Below are positions 49,940-60,477 of a stretch of 64,000 bases of DNA, in pieces (positions within the stretch are counted from its first letter, which is position 1; the number at the start of each line of letters is the position of its first letter). The stretch is taken from contig CALUIE010000001.1 of assembly GCA_944320605.1 (NCBI GenBank), forward strand, positions 24,191-88,190, given 5' to 3'. The notes under the pieces were generated by a model. The model was not told the origin of the DNA and ran no database searches. It saw only the letters and a program-made list of their open reading frames with translations. Origin of the DNA: an uncultured Phocaeicola sp. GTDB lineage: Bacteria > Bacteroidota > Bacteroidia > Bacteroidales > Bacteroidaceae. The position numbers were made by a program, and so were the translations under genes.

Positions 49940-51079
49940 ATGAAAATCGCATTTATAAGCACACGAGGCATACCAAACAATTACGGAGGTTTCGAACAGT
50001 TCGCTGAATATATATCTGTAGGCTTAGCCAAAAGAGGACACGAAGTGGTGGTTTACTCACCTCACTTTCATCCGTACAAAAAAGATAACTATAAAGGTGT
50101 TCGCATAAAACATATATATAGCCCGGAGACATGGATGGGAAGTTCTGTGGGAAGTTTCTTCTATGACTTTTCATCGCTGAAAGACGCACTTAAGAAAGAA
50201 AAATTCGACATCATATACGAGGCGGGATATACAAGTATAGTACCTGCATATATATGGTTTAACGTGAAGAACATTAAATATCCTATCTTCACAACAAATA
50301 TGGATGGTCTGGAGTATAAACGTACCAAATTCAACAAATGGGTACAGAAATTTATATTCTGGGAGGAAAGGACTACAGTGAAGCATAGCCACTACCTGAT
50401 AGCCGACAATATGGGTATCCATGATTATTATAAGGAGAAATATGGCAAGGAAAGCAAGTTCTTAGCGTATGGAGCTGATATACATGATAATTACAATGTG
50501 GAGTATCTGAAGGAATTTAACCTGACGGAGAACGGATATTACTTATTAGTAGCAAGACTGGAGCCGGAAAATAACATAGTAATGGCTATAGACGGATATC
50601 TGGCTTCGAAAGAAAATGGTAGGCGTCCTCTTATTATAGTAGGTAAGACAAATACGCCACATGGTAAAGAACTTGTCGCTAAATATGGGAATGAGAAGAA
50701 TGTACGTTTTGTGGGCGGTATTTATGATTTTGATAAACTGAACTCTATAAGACACTTCTCGTTTGCTTATTTCCACGGACACAGTGTGGGAGGTACTAAC
50801 CCTTCCCTACTTGAAGCTATGGCGTCTGACTGTTTCATATTGGCGAATGATAATATATTCAACAGGGCTGTATTGGGCGAAAACGCATTGTACTATCCGG
50901 ACAATTCATGCGTGAAAACCATGCTTGATGATATTGACGGACTGGCAGATAAATACAAGAATGATTTCATAGCCAATAACTTAGAGGTGATACGCAAGGA
51001 GTATTCATGGGAAAAGTTAGTGGACGAGCATGAAAAATATTTTTTGTGGTTGCTTGAAGAACATAAAAGAAAAGGATAA
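49940..51079 (+). CDS. GT4 (DUF1972-type) glycosyltransferase, probable rhamnosyltransferase
   Basis: TRGIPNNYGGFE, RLEPENN, HGHSVGGTNPSLLEAM. Confidence 0.88.
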   Translation: MKIAFISTRGIPNNYGGFEQFAEYISVGLAKRGHEVVVYSPHFHPYKKDNYKGVRIKHIYSPETWMGSSVGSFFYDFSSLKDALKKEKFDIIYEAGYTSIVPAYIWFNVKNIKYPIFTTNMDGLEYKRTKFNKWVQKFIFWEERTTVKHSHYLIADNMGIHDYYKEKYGKESKFLAYGADIHDNYNVEYLKEFNLTENGYYLLVARLEPENNIVMAIDGYLASKENGRRPLIIVGKTNTPHGKELVAKYGNEKNVRFVGGIYDFDKLNSIRHFSFAYFHGHSVGGTNPSLLEAMASDCFILANDNIFNRAVLGENALYYPDNSCVKTMLDDIDGLADKYKNDFIANNLEVIRKEYSWEKLVDEHEKYFLWLLEEHKRKG

Positions 51080-51084
51080 TCTGA

Positions 51085-52173
51085 ATGGATAAATTTACGC
51101 ATCAGTTTCTCTCACTTCTGAAGGTTTCACTGTGTGATGATAGGCCTAATCCGAAAGATTTTGAAAATACTGACTGGAACTGGATTTTCAAAATGGCACA
51201 GAAACAGACTGTTATTCCATTGATATTGGACGGACTGTCTGCACTGCCCAAAGAAGTACATCCGGGAATGCCACAGAAAATGAAGATGATGGCATACGTG
51301 CAGTCTGTAGAGAAAACTAACCTGAAACACAGACAGGTAATAGGGAGAATAAACGGTATTCTTAAGGAAAACGGCATTGAAGTTGTCTTTATGAAGGGAC
51401 AAACCACTGCTTTAAGATACCATAATCCTTTACACAGGCAACCGGGGGATATTGACTTTGTGGTTGACAAATCAAAGTTTGATGAAACGCTTGATATATT
51501 GGATAAAATAGGGAGAACGGACAGGGAACTGATACATGAACATCACGGGATGGCTTACGTAGAAGGTATCCCTATTGAGCCTCACTACAAGATTCATAAT
51601 TACCAAAGACCGTCAACAGACAGGGTAATTCAAAAACTGTTCAATGAGGTTTTCCCTTCTGAATTGATTTATACGGATATTGACGGATATGAGATACCGA
51701 TACTCCCTCCTACCTTCGAGAGTGTGTTCTTGATAAGTCACATGGTAAACCATATTTATGAGGAAGGACTTGGATTAAGACAGGTGATAGATTATTCTTT
51801 GTTTTTGAAAAAAAACGGCATGGTCATAGACTGGAAGCGGCATGAAGAATACCTGAAAGAGATGAGAATGACAAAGGCATGGCGAATTTTCACTTGTTTG
51901 TGTGTTGAGTATCTTGGACTTGAAACTGATGCTGCAATAAAGGATTTCTCCAATAGAGAAAAGAAAGATGCCAAAAGATTGTTTGAGGACATTATGAGGT
52001 TAGGAAACTTCGGGCGTGGTGAATACGTTTTCAGACATGATGGTATGATGGATGCTTTATCGAACTATTTATGGGTGGTAAAGAGATGTTTAAAAATGGG
52101 GTTTGTATGTCCGAGTGAAGCTGCGTGGTGGATTATATCGAAGCCTATAAGGTTTATAAATAAGAAAATATAA
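51085..52173 (+). CDS. Nucleotidyltransferase family protein (NTP_transf_5-like)
   Basis: [30 protein letters not shown]. Confidence 0.8.
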   Translation: MDKFTHQFLSLLKVSLCDDRPNPKDFENTDWNWIFKMAQKQTVIPLILDGLSALPKEVHPGMPQKMKMMAYVQSVEKTNLKHRQVIGRINGILKENGIEVVFMKGQTTALRYHNPLHRQPGDIDFVVDKSKFDETLDILDKIGRTDRELIHEHHGMAYVEGIPIEPHYKIHNYQRPSTDRVIQKLFNEVFPSELIYTDIDGYEIPILPPTFESVFLISHMVNHIYEEGLGLRQVIDYSLFLKKNGMVIDWKRHEEYLKEMRMTKAWRIFTCLCVEYLGLETDAAIKDFSNREKKDAKRLFEDIMRLGNFGRGEYVFRHDGMMDALSNYLWVVKRCLKMGFVCPSEAAWWIISKPIRFINKKI

Positions 52174-52202
52174 AAATCTATATAACTAAAAGACAAAACA
52201 GT

Positions 52203-53078
52203 ATGAAAGGAATCGTATTGGCAGGTGGTAGCGGAACAAGACTGTATCCTATCACAAAAGGCGTGAGCAAACAGATGCTTCCGGTGTTTGACAAACCGAT
52301 GATTTATTATCCTATTTCCGTGCTAATGCTGGCAGGAATAAGGGAGATTCTGATAATATCCACTCCATACGACTTGCCGGGATTCAAACGTCTGTTAGGT
52401 GACGGAACGGAATTCGGCGTAAGATTTGAATACGCGGAACAGCCTTCGCCGGACGGTCTGGCACAGGCTTTCATAATAGGAGAGAAATTCATAGGTAACG
52501 ACTCGGCTTGTCTGGTTCTTGGTGACAATATATTCCATGGAGCCGGTTTCAGCGGAATGCTGAAAGAGGCTGTACGCACTGCCGAGGAAGAGAAGAAAGC
52601 TACTGTATTCGGCTATTGGGTGAGCGATCCGGAACGTTATGGTGTGGCTGAATTCGACAAGCAGGGTAACTGCCTGAGCATAGAGGAGAAGCCGGAGAAA
52701 CCGAAGTCTAACTATGCTGTGGTAGGTTTGTACTTTTATCCGAACAAGGTGGTGGACGTGGCAAAGAGCATCAAGCCGTCGGCTCGTGGAGAGCTTGAAA
52801 TAACAACAGTGAACCAGCGTTTTCTGAAAGACGGTGAACTGAAAGTGCAGACCTTGGGACGCGGATTCGCATGGCTTGATACGGGTACTCATGACTCGCT
52901 AAGTGAGGCTTCGACTTATATCGAGGTATTGGAAAAACGTACAGGACTGAAAATAGCGTGTCTGGAGGGTATAGCGTACCGCAAAGGATGGATAAGCGAG
53001 GAACAGATGAGGAAGAATGCGGAGCCTATGCTGAAGAACCAGTACGGACAGTACTTGATGGAATTAATTAATAATTAA
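52203..53078 (+). CDS. rfbA: Glucose-1-phosphate thymidylyltransferase
   Basis: [29 protein letters not shown]. Confidence 0.96.
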   Translation: MKGIVLAGGSGTRLYPITKGVSKQMLPVFDKPMIYYPISVLMLAGIREILIISTPYDLPGFKRLLGDGTEFGVRFEYAEQPSPDGLAQAFIIGEKFIGNDSACLVLGDNIFHGAGFSGMLKEAVRTAEEEKKATVFGYWVSDPERYGVAEFDKQGNCLSIEEKPEKPKSNYAVVGLYFYPNKVVDVAKSIKPSARGELEITTVNQRFLKDGELKVQTLGRGFAWLDTGTHDSLSEASTYIEVLEKRTGLKIACLEGIAYRKGWISEEQMRKNAEPMLKNQYGQYLMELINN

Positions 53079-53154
53079 AAATTAACAATGAATAATAAAC
53101 AAAGAATAATAAGAGAACTACTCGCTTTTAATTTTTAATTATTAATTCTTAATT
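53062..53154. repeat. Inverted heptamer arrays between rfbA and rfbC
   Basis: AATTAAT/AATTAAA/AATTAAC ... TTTTTAA/TTATTAA/TTCTTAA. Confidence 0.7.
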
Positions 53155-53161
53155 GAAAAAC

Positions 53162-53731
53162 ATGAATGTTATAAAAACTGACATAGAGGGAGTGGTGATT
53201 ATAGAGCCACGCATATTTACCGATACAAGAGGCTATTTCTTTGAATCGTTTTCGGAAAGGGATTTCTGTAAGGAAGTACGGGAAATAAAGTTTGTACAGG
53301 ACAATGAAAGCAAGTCAAGCTATGGAGTAATGAGAGGTTTGCACTTCCAGCGTCCGCCTTTTACACAAAGTAAACTTGTGAGAGTGATAAAGGGTGCTGT
53401 ACTGGATGTGGCTGTGGACATACGCAAGGGCTCTCCTACTTACGGTAAGCATGTGGCTGTGGAACTGACAGAGGATAATCATCGTCAGTTTTTCGTACCA
53501 AGAGGATTTGCGCATGGTTTCGCGGTGTTGAGCGACGAAGCGATATTCCAATATAAATGTGATAATTTCTATGCTCCGGAAGCGGACGGAGGAATAAGTA
53601 TATTGGACGAATCGCTTGGTATTGACTGGCGTATCCATAGAGACAAGGCCATTCTAAGCGAAAAGGATACGAAGCATCCTCTGCTAAAGGATTTTGACAG
53701 TCCGTTTGATATTAATATTTCTTTATACTAA
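53162..53731 (+). CDS. rfbC: dTDP-4-dehydrorhamnose 3,5-epimerase
   Basis: DTRGYFFESF, RGLHFQ, GFAHGF. Confidence 0.95.
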   Translation: MNVIKTDIEGVVIIEPRIFTDTRGYFFESFSERDFCKEVREIKFVQDNESKSSYGVMRGLHFQRPPFTQSKLVRVIKGAVLDVAVDIRKGSPTYGKHVAVELTEDNHRQFFVPRGFAHGFAVLSDEAIFQYKCDNFYAPEADGGISILDESLGIDWRIHRDKAILSEKDTKHPLLKDFDSPFDINISLY

Positions 53732-53741
53732 ATTTTAAATT

Positions 53742-54884
53742 ATGGATTTCAAACGCAATATACTTATAACCGGTGGAGCGGGTTTTATAGGCAGTCACGT
53801 AGTACGACTGTTCGTAAACAAATATCCTGAATACAGAATAATAAACCTGGATAAACTGACATACGCAGGTAATCTGGCAAATCTGAAAGACATTGAGAAT
53901 CAGCCTAACTATGTATTTGTAAAGGCTGACATCTGCGACTATGACAAGATGCAGGAAGTAATGAAGGAATACCGGATAGACGGTATTATACATCTGGCTG
54001 CGGAAAGCCATGTGGACCGTTCGATAAAGGATCCGTTTACCTTTGCGCGTACCAACGTAATGGGAACGTTGTCGTTACTTCAGGCTGCCAAACTGTATTG
54101 GGAGAGTCTTCCGGAAAAATATGAGGGGAAACGTTTCTATCATATCTCGACTGATGAGGTGTATGGCGCGCTGGAAATGACTAATCCGGAAGGTATAGAA
54201 CCTCCTTTCAGCACTACGGCTTCATCATCGGAACATCATTTGGCTTACGGTAAGGATTTCTTTTATGAGGATACTAAATATAACCCACATAGCCCGTATT
54301 CCGCATCGAAAGCGAGCAGCGACCATTTTGTGAGGGCATATCATGACACATACGGTATGCCTACGATAGTGACAAACTGTTCGAACAACTATGGGCCGTA
54401 TCAATTCCCGGAGAAACTGATACCTCTGTTCATAAACAATATCCGTCACAGAAAGCCGTTGCCGGTATATGGTAAGGGTGAGAATGTGCGTGACTGGCTG
54501 TATGTGGTGGATCATGCGAGGGCTATAGACGTGATTTTCCATAACGGAAGGATTGCGGATACATATAATATAGGCGGTTTCAACGAGTGGAAAAACATTG
54601 ATATTATAAAGGTGATAATAAAGACAGTGGACAGATTATTGGGTAATCCTGAAGGGTATTCCCTGGACCTGATAACTTACGTGACAGACCGCTTGGGACA
54701 CGACATGCGTTATGCGATAGATTCTACTAAGCTGCAGCGTGAGTTAGGATGGGAACCGAGCCTGCAGTTTGAGGAAGGTATAGAGAAAACAGTCCGCTGG
54801 TATCTTGACAATCAGGAATGGATGGATAATGTTACTTCGGGCGACTATCAGAAGTATTACGAAGAGATGTACAGGGGAAAATAA
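53742..54884 (+). CDS. rfbB: dTDP-glucose 4,6-dehydratase
   Basis: TGGAGFIGS, HLAAESHVDRSI, STDEVYG, YSASK. Confidence 0.96.
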   Translation: MDFKRNILITGGAGFIGSHVVRLFVNKYPEYRIINLDKLTYAGNLANLKDIENQPNYVFVKADICDYDKMQEVMKEYRIDGIIHLAAESHVDRSIKDPFTFARTNVMGTLSLLQAAKLYWESLPEKYEGKRFYHISTDEVYGALEMTNPEGIEPPFSTTASSSEHHLAYGKDFFYEDTKYNPHSPYSASKASSDHFVRAYHDTYGMPTIVTNCSNNYGPYQFPEKLIPLFINNIRHRKPLPVYGKGENVRDWLYVVDHARAIDVIFHNGRIADTYNIGGFNEWKNIDIIKVIIKTVDRLLGNPEGYSLDLITYVTDRLGHDMRYAIDSTKLQRELGWEPSLQFEEGIEKTVRWYLDNQEWMDNVTSGDYQKYYEEMYRGK

Positions 54885-54902
54885 AAAAGCAACATGACCA
54901 CA

Positions 54903-55053
54903 AACATAAACCTGTATATGCCCATAATGAAACTTACTCATTATGGGTATATGTGTTTTGATGCGGTGGAGTGTGGCGTGAATAATAGTTAAATCAAACG
55001 GCGAAAAGGGCTGGCATTAATGATAATATATTATCTTTATATGCATAAAAACA
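54903..55053 (+). repeat. 151-bp direct repeat (hairpin + promoter/operator), left copy
   Basis: Matches 63014-63164 with about 10 mismatches; ATATGCCCATAATGA/TCATTATGGGTATAT hairpin; palindrome GATAATATATTATC. Confidence 0.92.
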
Positions 55054-55065
55054 AAAATTTACCTT

Positions 55066-55587
55066 ATGGCCATATCAAACAGTGATGAGCAGAAGATAGC
55101 GGAATATATTAACAATACGGGTAATCTGTATTGCCAGGCTAATTATCCGTATGCTGGACCATGCGCGTGTTTTGCAATAGAACTTATAGAACGGGCCACA
55201 AGGAAGACCATTGTCAACAAACAGAACATATTCGGGAATTTTGTAAACCTGGCGAAAATACGCTATCAGAAAATAGCGAACTACAGAAGGCTGACATCGA
55301 CGGCAAACGTGGGGGATGTGTTGTGCATTATCAGCAACACGCCTGTAAGTGCGAATGACGTCAGCACTTTTGCAATCAGACATTATGTGGTTTATTTGGG
55401 ATGTCTCGGCAACAGTAACAGCGTGACGCTTGGGGTAAACGGATTTAAGACATCAATGGGGGCATACCCATATAAGGGTGTCATAGCTTATCCATTAAAC
55501 CAGGCCGACTGGAACCGGAACGGTACTTTCAATTATGGAGGTAATGCGGGAAACCATCTTATACTGTTCGACTATAAATTGTTTTAA
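55066..55587 (+). CDS. Hypothetical protein, putative papain/NlpC-P60-like cysteine hydrolase
   Basis: GPCACFA .. GDVLCI .. RHYVVYLG .. GVN pattern (Cys-His-Asn order); no signal peptide. Confidence 0.5.
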   Translation: MAISNSDEQKIAEYINNTGNLYCQANYPYAGPCACFAIELIERATRKTIVNKQNIFGNFVNLAKIRYQKIANYRRLTSTANVGDVLCIISNTPVSANDVSTFAIRHYVVYLGCLGNSNSVTLGVNGFKTSMGAYPYKGVIAYPLNQADWNRNGTFNYGGNAGNHLILFDYKLF

Positions 55588-55597
55588 CCATAAATTT

Positions 55598-56728
55598 ATG
55601 AAAGACATGAAAATTAAATGTTACAAGGGTGCAGGAAAGAATGATTGCACGGAAATAGAAATTGATGAAAACGCAATGTTGGTTGAAGTCAGAGAGAAAC
55701 TGCTGAATGCAGGATTCATCACGCCGGACACTGCCGACAAGGCTTACAGGTTTATATACCGCACAGATGAGAAAGAGAACCCACAGATGATATGGGATGA
55801 TGTCATAGTATCGATAAACATGGAAAAGAGGATTCCCATGCAGGACGTGTGGGGTATGGAACATCAGATAGTGGTGACAAACATAAACGCACAGGGCACG
55901 GAGAAACCGGATCTGGTGGGTTATACATGCAAGCAGTGGCTTAACGGATTGCTGTCGGTTTCGTGCAAGCTGAACAATAGTGACCATTATGCGAAAGAAC
56001 AAAACAAAAAAATCGGAGCGTATGAGCCTATGATGCTTTATGACGTGATTTCCACAAGCAAGGCGAAGCCTGTGTCATACAACAATGTGTGTATATGCAC
56101 GGAAGGTTCGGTGGTGGAATTCAACATCACTTCGTGGGGAGCAGCAGGATATGAATATCAGATATGCAATGATGCGGGGCAGGTCATAGTGGAGAGCATA
56201 TTCCAGACATTCAATGATGACAGGAGCAGGTTCGGGACGTATGGAACATTAAACTGCAGAAGGTGGCAGAAGAGCGGCAACACAATAGATATTTATGGCT
56301 CGAACTCGGTGCATATAAACAATGATGAAAAGGTGAGATACCAGAAACTAACCATAAAGACGCGTAACCTTATTTCGTACAAAAGAGGAAATGAACTGTT
56401 CCAGTCGGACGCGAAACCACCTGTACTGAAAGCGCCTATGTCAAGAAGCATTGTGAGCCGCAATCCTGCGAATGAAATCAAAAGGCAGATAGTAAATACT
56501 GTCAAAAACCATGTGGGTGTGGTGGACGGTGACTCAATATCTACGGCTGTTCCTGTGGAAGGAGGAAAATCCACACAGACGTACGGGTCGATAAATTCAA
56601 CGGTGACCGGTCCGTGGGAAGAACCGTTGGGCATAGTGGAGATACACTTCTTTGTGTTCAAGACGAAAGAGGAGGCCGAAAGGACCCTGAAATGCCTGAA
56701 CTCCATAAATCCGGATTTTTGGGACTGA
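55598..56728 (+). CDS. Hypothetical protein, MACPF partner (possible beta-grasp N-terminus, beta-rich C-terminus)
   Basis: Tightly linked between the peptidase-like gene and MACPF; no signal peptide. Confidence 0.6.
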   Translation: MKDMKIKCYKGAGKNDCTEIEIDENAMLVEVREKLLNAGFITPDTADKAYRFIYRTDEKENPQMIWDDVIVSINMEKRIPMQDVWGMEHQIVVTNINAQGTEKPDLVGYTCKQWLNGLLSVSCKLNNSDHYAKEQNKKIGAYEPMMLYDVISTSKAKPVSYNNVCICTEGSVVEFNITSWGAAGYEYQICNDAGQVIVESIFQTFNDDRSRFGTYGTLNCRRWQKSGNTIDIYGSNSVHINNDEKVRYQKLTIKTRNLISYKRGNELFQSDAKPPVLKAPMSRSIVSRNPANEIKRQIVNTVKNHVGVVDGDSISTAVPVEGGKSTQTYGSINSTVTGPWEEPLGIVEIHFFVFKTKEEAERTLKCLNSINPDFWD

Positions 56729-56760
56729 CATTTATTATATTCACGATAAATTCTACACGA

Positions 56761-57777
56761 ATGGATACATACGACAATATGTCCGAGAACTGCAATTATG
56801 CTGATTTGGACGACGGGCAGAAAAGGAAACTGTTTGACAGGGTGAACATATTCCGCGGATTGCGGTTCACGGAGAATAAGGGCATTGAAAGGAGTTTTAA
56901 TGACTTATATACATGGAACGAGGGGTATTTGCCGGACTTTGCAAGGCCGTATAACAATACGGAGCAGACATCGGCATACTCGTTTTCGAAGATGTCGCAC
57001 GAGTTGAAGAAACTCAGCGTAAACCAGGGGTCGGCTTCGCTAAATTCTCAATTCGCATCGGCTGAGAGTGAATTCAAATATGAAAAGAACCGTTCTGAAA
57101 CGGAATCGCACGTAAACGAATATCTGCTGGAGAAATTCACTGTCAGAAAGGCGAACTTCGATGTCGATTTTGACAAAGCTGTGGTTTCGGAAAAATTTGT
57201 TGACGCCGTGGCACAGGCTCTTGACAAAAGGCTGGCAAAAGAGGAGAAAGCGTATAATCTGGTGAAACTACTGAATGAGTGGGGATATTATGTACCGAAA
57301 ACTTTCACTTTGGGCGGATGCCTGTACTCGGAAGAGGTGACACGGATAGATGACTACAGCGTGTCGGAAAGCGAGAAAGAGAGTTTCTCTGCTTCGTTCA
57401 AATCGTCATTTGAGAGTATAGGAGGCGGGGGCGCATTTGGAGGAACATGGGAAAAAGACGAGTCATCGGCGACATCGGAAAAATATAAGAATCTGACCAT
57501 CAAGCAGATTGGTGGCGTGGAAGGTATGCAGAACGACTATCAGAAATGGATTACATCGCTGTTTGACGCCAAAAACTGGGATATGGCGGAATGTGAGGAG
57601 TTATACCCGTCGGTATTGTTGCTCCGGAACGCAAGTAGTAATAATGAAGATATTTTCCTGAGATGCCTGCAGGCGTTGAACTGTATTTCCACTTTGCCGC
57701 AATTGTGGAAGATGCAGCCTTTCGTGGATCTGGTCAGGTATAATTCGATAATACAAACCATACTTAATCCATTCTGA
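56761..57777 (+). CDS. MACPF-domain pore-forming protein without signal peptide
   Basis: EWGYYVPKTFTLGG signature-like motif, two Ser-rich TMH-like segments, IGG..W..SL..NW. Confidence 0.8.
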   Translation: MDTYDNMSENCNYADLDDGQKRKLFDRVNIFRGLRFTENKGIERSFNDLYTWNEGYLPDFARPYNNTEQTSAYSFSKMSHELKKLSVNQGSASLNSQFASAESEFKYEKNRSETESHVNEYLLEKFTVRKANFDVDFDKAVVSEKFVDAVAQALDKRLAKEEKAYNLVKLLNEWGYYVPKTFTLGGCLYSEEVTRIDDYSVSESEKESFSASFKSSFESIGGGGAFGGTWEKDESSATSEKYKNLTIKQIGGVEGMQNDYQKWITSLFDAKNWDMAECEELYPSVLLLRNASSNNEDIFLRCLQALNCISTLPQLWKMQPFVDLVRYNSIIQTILNPF

Positions 57778-57936
57778 CAGAAAATATATAACTTATAGAG
57801 ATTTTGCACGGCCGCAATTTCGGGAAGGTGATGAACAGAGGGTAAAGAATACCAACTTTTTAAATAAAAAATTTGGAAAGACAAAATAAATAAGTAAATT
57901 TGGAAAATCGTTTTTCCCACAATAACAATTTCTATT

Positions 57937-58212
57937 ATGACAAATGTGAATTATAACGAATGTCTGGCATATATCTATGACAAGAAATACGGATACATCG
58001 ATGAACTGAAGGAGAAGTTGGGTAAAGATGTGGTACGCCAACTGGAGGCTATGGGATATATAGAGAATGCATTCGACAGTAAAGCGGATACATGGCGGAT
58101 AAGCGAACGGGCAAGAAAAAGGCACAAAAGCATTACTCGAAAATCATCTTTGACGGAACGTTTCAGCGATTGGTATTACAAACATATATTACGTATAGAT
58201 TTCAATAACTGA
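57937..58212 (+). CDS. Small hypothetical protein (winged-helix-like)
   Basis: VVRQLEAMGYIEN..TWRISE. Confidence 0.55.
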   Translation: MTNVNYNECLAYIYDKKYGYIDELKEKLGKDVVRQLEAMGYIENAFDSKADTWRISERARKRHKSITRKSSLTERFSDWYYKHILRIDFNN

Positions 58213-58214
58213 AC

Positions 58215-58502
58215 GTGATAAATTATTATGCACTATGGATACCTTCTTATAAGGAAGAAGCTCCAAAAATCCAACGTAAAAAACTGGAAGAAGTATCTTT
58301 GCAAGATATTCCAGACGGTGATACCATCCGACTAAAGGGAGAAATAGACAAAGATTCATTCGAGATTCATTTACAATACCAGATAAATAACAGTGAATGG
58401 TATCATCTGTACTTTACTTGCACGGACAGACAACAGACAGACGGTTTCATTTTCTATTCATTGGAGATGGAAGATGATGAAACAGAAAAAGATATAGTAT
58501 AA
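58215..58502 (+). CDS. Hypothetical protein, possibly truncated
   Basis: Coupled to the upstream gene; ends abruptly just before a new -7 box near 58539. Confidence 0.4.
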   Translation: MINYYALWIPSYKEEAPKIQRKKLEEVSLQDIPDGDTIRLKGEIDKDSFEIHLQYQINNSEWYHLYFTCTDRQQTDGFIFYSLEMEDDETEKDIV

Positions 58503-58567
58503 CATGTAATTTATTGTAATTGTATGTTGTTAAACAATTATTTTTGCAAAATAAAAATATTAATATA

Positions 58568-59116
58568 ATGACAACTGATTTGATATTAAAGAATTATAAG
58601 GAGTATCTTGAATATCTGGCAAAAGAAAAATCTAATGAGATTTTTACTAATGCCGGTAAGGCTCATGCTTCTATTTTGATGTCAATATTATTGAAATACA
58701 CAAGAAGCGAAGTACGAATCTTTTGTGAAGGGTTTAAGCCGGACCTTGTCACAACTGAACCTTATTGGAGCGAACTGAACAGGTTTCTGGAAAAGAGAGA
58801 AAATAGAATATCTGTTTTGGTTGAAAGTCCTGATTATTTGGAGGATAATCCGCTTTCATTGCTTAGAAATAAAAAGGCTGAGAGAAATAATGATTCCATT
58901 AAAGTCAGACTGATAAAAGAAGAGGATAAGAAACACATTTTTGAATCGCTTAATACAGAACATTGCAATTTTGCGGTGTTCGATAATGACAAGTTCAGAT
59001 TAGAGCATATACCTGAAAATTATCAAGCTATAGGTTCATTCAATCATCCTGATAACTGCAATAAGCTGATAAGATTGTTTGACGCATCATTTCAAAATGC
59101 TGAAGAATTGGTTTAA
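58568..59116 (+). CDS. Hypothetical protein, possible PLD-like fold without HKD
   Basis: EVRIFC, ISVLVE, NFAVFDNDKFRLE, AIGSFN..LIRLFD. Confidence 0.5.
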   Translation: MTTDLILKNYKEYLEYLAKEKSNEIFTNAGKAHASILMSILLKYTRSEVRIFCEGFKPDLVTTEPYWSELNRFLEKRENRISVLVESPDYLEDNPLSLLRNKKAERNNDSIKVRLIKEEDKKHIFESLNTEHCNFAVFDNDKFRLEHIPENYQAIGSFNHPDNCNKLIRLFDASFQNAEELV

Positions 59117-59121
59117 TTATC

Positions 59122-60009
59122 ATGGATGATATTTCGTTAGTTAATTTTGCTCCGCTCATACAATTGTGGGCGGGGATTTGTTTGCTTTTCTTTTATGAAC
59201 CTATACTGAAAAACTTCCCGTTGTCCAAGCTACATGAAGAAAAACAAAATCTGATAGTCTCATTCTTAGGAAAATATCAGGGATATTTGGATGACAATAA
59301 GTTGACAAAAGGTTACAGTATGCTGGAAGACAAATGGGATATATTCTATCGGACAATTAAGAACCTTGCATCCTTAAACTTTTATTTTTCTCTCGTCGTT
59401 TTGGCTTATATAGGTATAGAAAACCATAATTATTATGGAACTTATTATCAGGCTCTGCAGATATTAGACTATTGTATTATCATTTATTCATTAATGGCAT
59501 GGATATTCTATAAAACAAATGTATTTGTAAAATATATAAATTCGATTGTTTTCATTATAATACTGTTGGTGGTTTTCCATAATTATTCCGGTATAAATGA
59601 TTTTTTTATAAAAAATATAGGTATTATAGATGACTTTTATTCTAAGTCTGAAATAACTGTCTTTACTTTATTTACTTGTTCATTGTGTATCATAATAACT
59701 ATTCTACAGTTGTTTATTCATTACATCTCAATTTATAATACAAAAAGAAAAATTGAGAAAATTGATAAAAACGCAAGTATGCTTAATGCGATATTGATAG
59801 GTGAAGAAAGTTTTGATTCTTTACAAGGGAAGTTGAAAAACAAGTCATTGTGCTATCTGACAAAAGATGAATTTCCTAAAACCATATATGAATTCCAATC
59901 AAAAATGAATGAGTTTATCAAGAAAGAAATCCAAGAAGAGTTCGACCGTTTAATTTTGCATTGGTATCAATTATTATTCTACTATTTTAAAAAGAAAATT
60001 AAATCGTAA
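59122..60009 (+). CDS. Multi-pass membrane protein
   Basis: About 5 hydrophobic segments; 5 nt after the upstream gene. Confidence 0.65.
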   Translation: MDDISLVNFAPLIQLWAGICLLFFYEPILKNFPLSKLHEEKQNLIVSFLGKYQGYLDDNKLTKGYSMLEDKWDIFYRTIKNLASLNFYFSLVVLAYIGIENHNYYGTYYQALQILDYCIIIYSLMAWIFYKTNVFVKYINSIVFIIILLVVFHNYSGINDFFIKNIGIIDDFYSKSEITVFTLFTCSLCIIITILQLFIHYISIYNTKRKIEKIDKNASMLNAILIGEESFDSLQGKLKNKSLCYLTKDEFPKTIYEFQSKMNEFIKKEIQEEFDRLILHWYQLLFYYFKKKIKS

Positions 60010-60204
60010 GTAGATTTTTTTAGGATTTCGTAAGGGAATATCCTGCAGAAGCGTTGTGCGAACCTGTTTTCAGGACCTGGCATTTCTTCTGGAGGGTGAT
60101 GAACAAAGGGTAATGAGAGAGATAGATTTTATCGTAACATTTGCGCTAAATCAATATTTATATATAAATTTGCAAAACAGTTTTATTTTAACTAAAGATA
60201 CATT

Positions 60205-60471
60205 ATGACACGTTTATATATAATTTCATACGATCTGAATAATCCGGGACAGGATTATACAGATTTATTTCAAAAAATTGAATCTTTAGGCTCTGCACTA
60301 CATATACAAAAATCAGTATGGTTACTGAAAAGTAGTCTGAACGCAAATGAAATAGCCACGTCATTGCACGAAAAGATGGATGGTAATGATATTTTGTTTG
60401 TATCGGAACTTAGCGAATCCAACTATCAGGGATGGATGAACAAAAATTATTGGGAATGGATTAAAGAATAA
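60205..60471 (+). CDS. Cas2/VapD-like ferredoxin-fold small protein
   Basis: YIISYDL..Y..L...I..LG..QKSVW. Confidence 0.7.
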   Translation: MTRLYIISYDLNNPGQDYTDLFQKIESLGSALHIQKSVWLLKSSLNANEIATSLHEKMDGNDILFVSELSESNYQGWMNKNYWEWIKE

Positions 60472-60477
60472 TCTGAT

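Noticed and set aside
60205-60471. CRISPR-Cas locus suggested by the Cas2-like gene
   Set aside because: No repeat-spacer array and no other cas genes in the window
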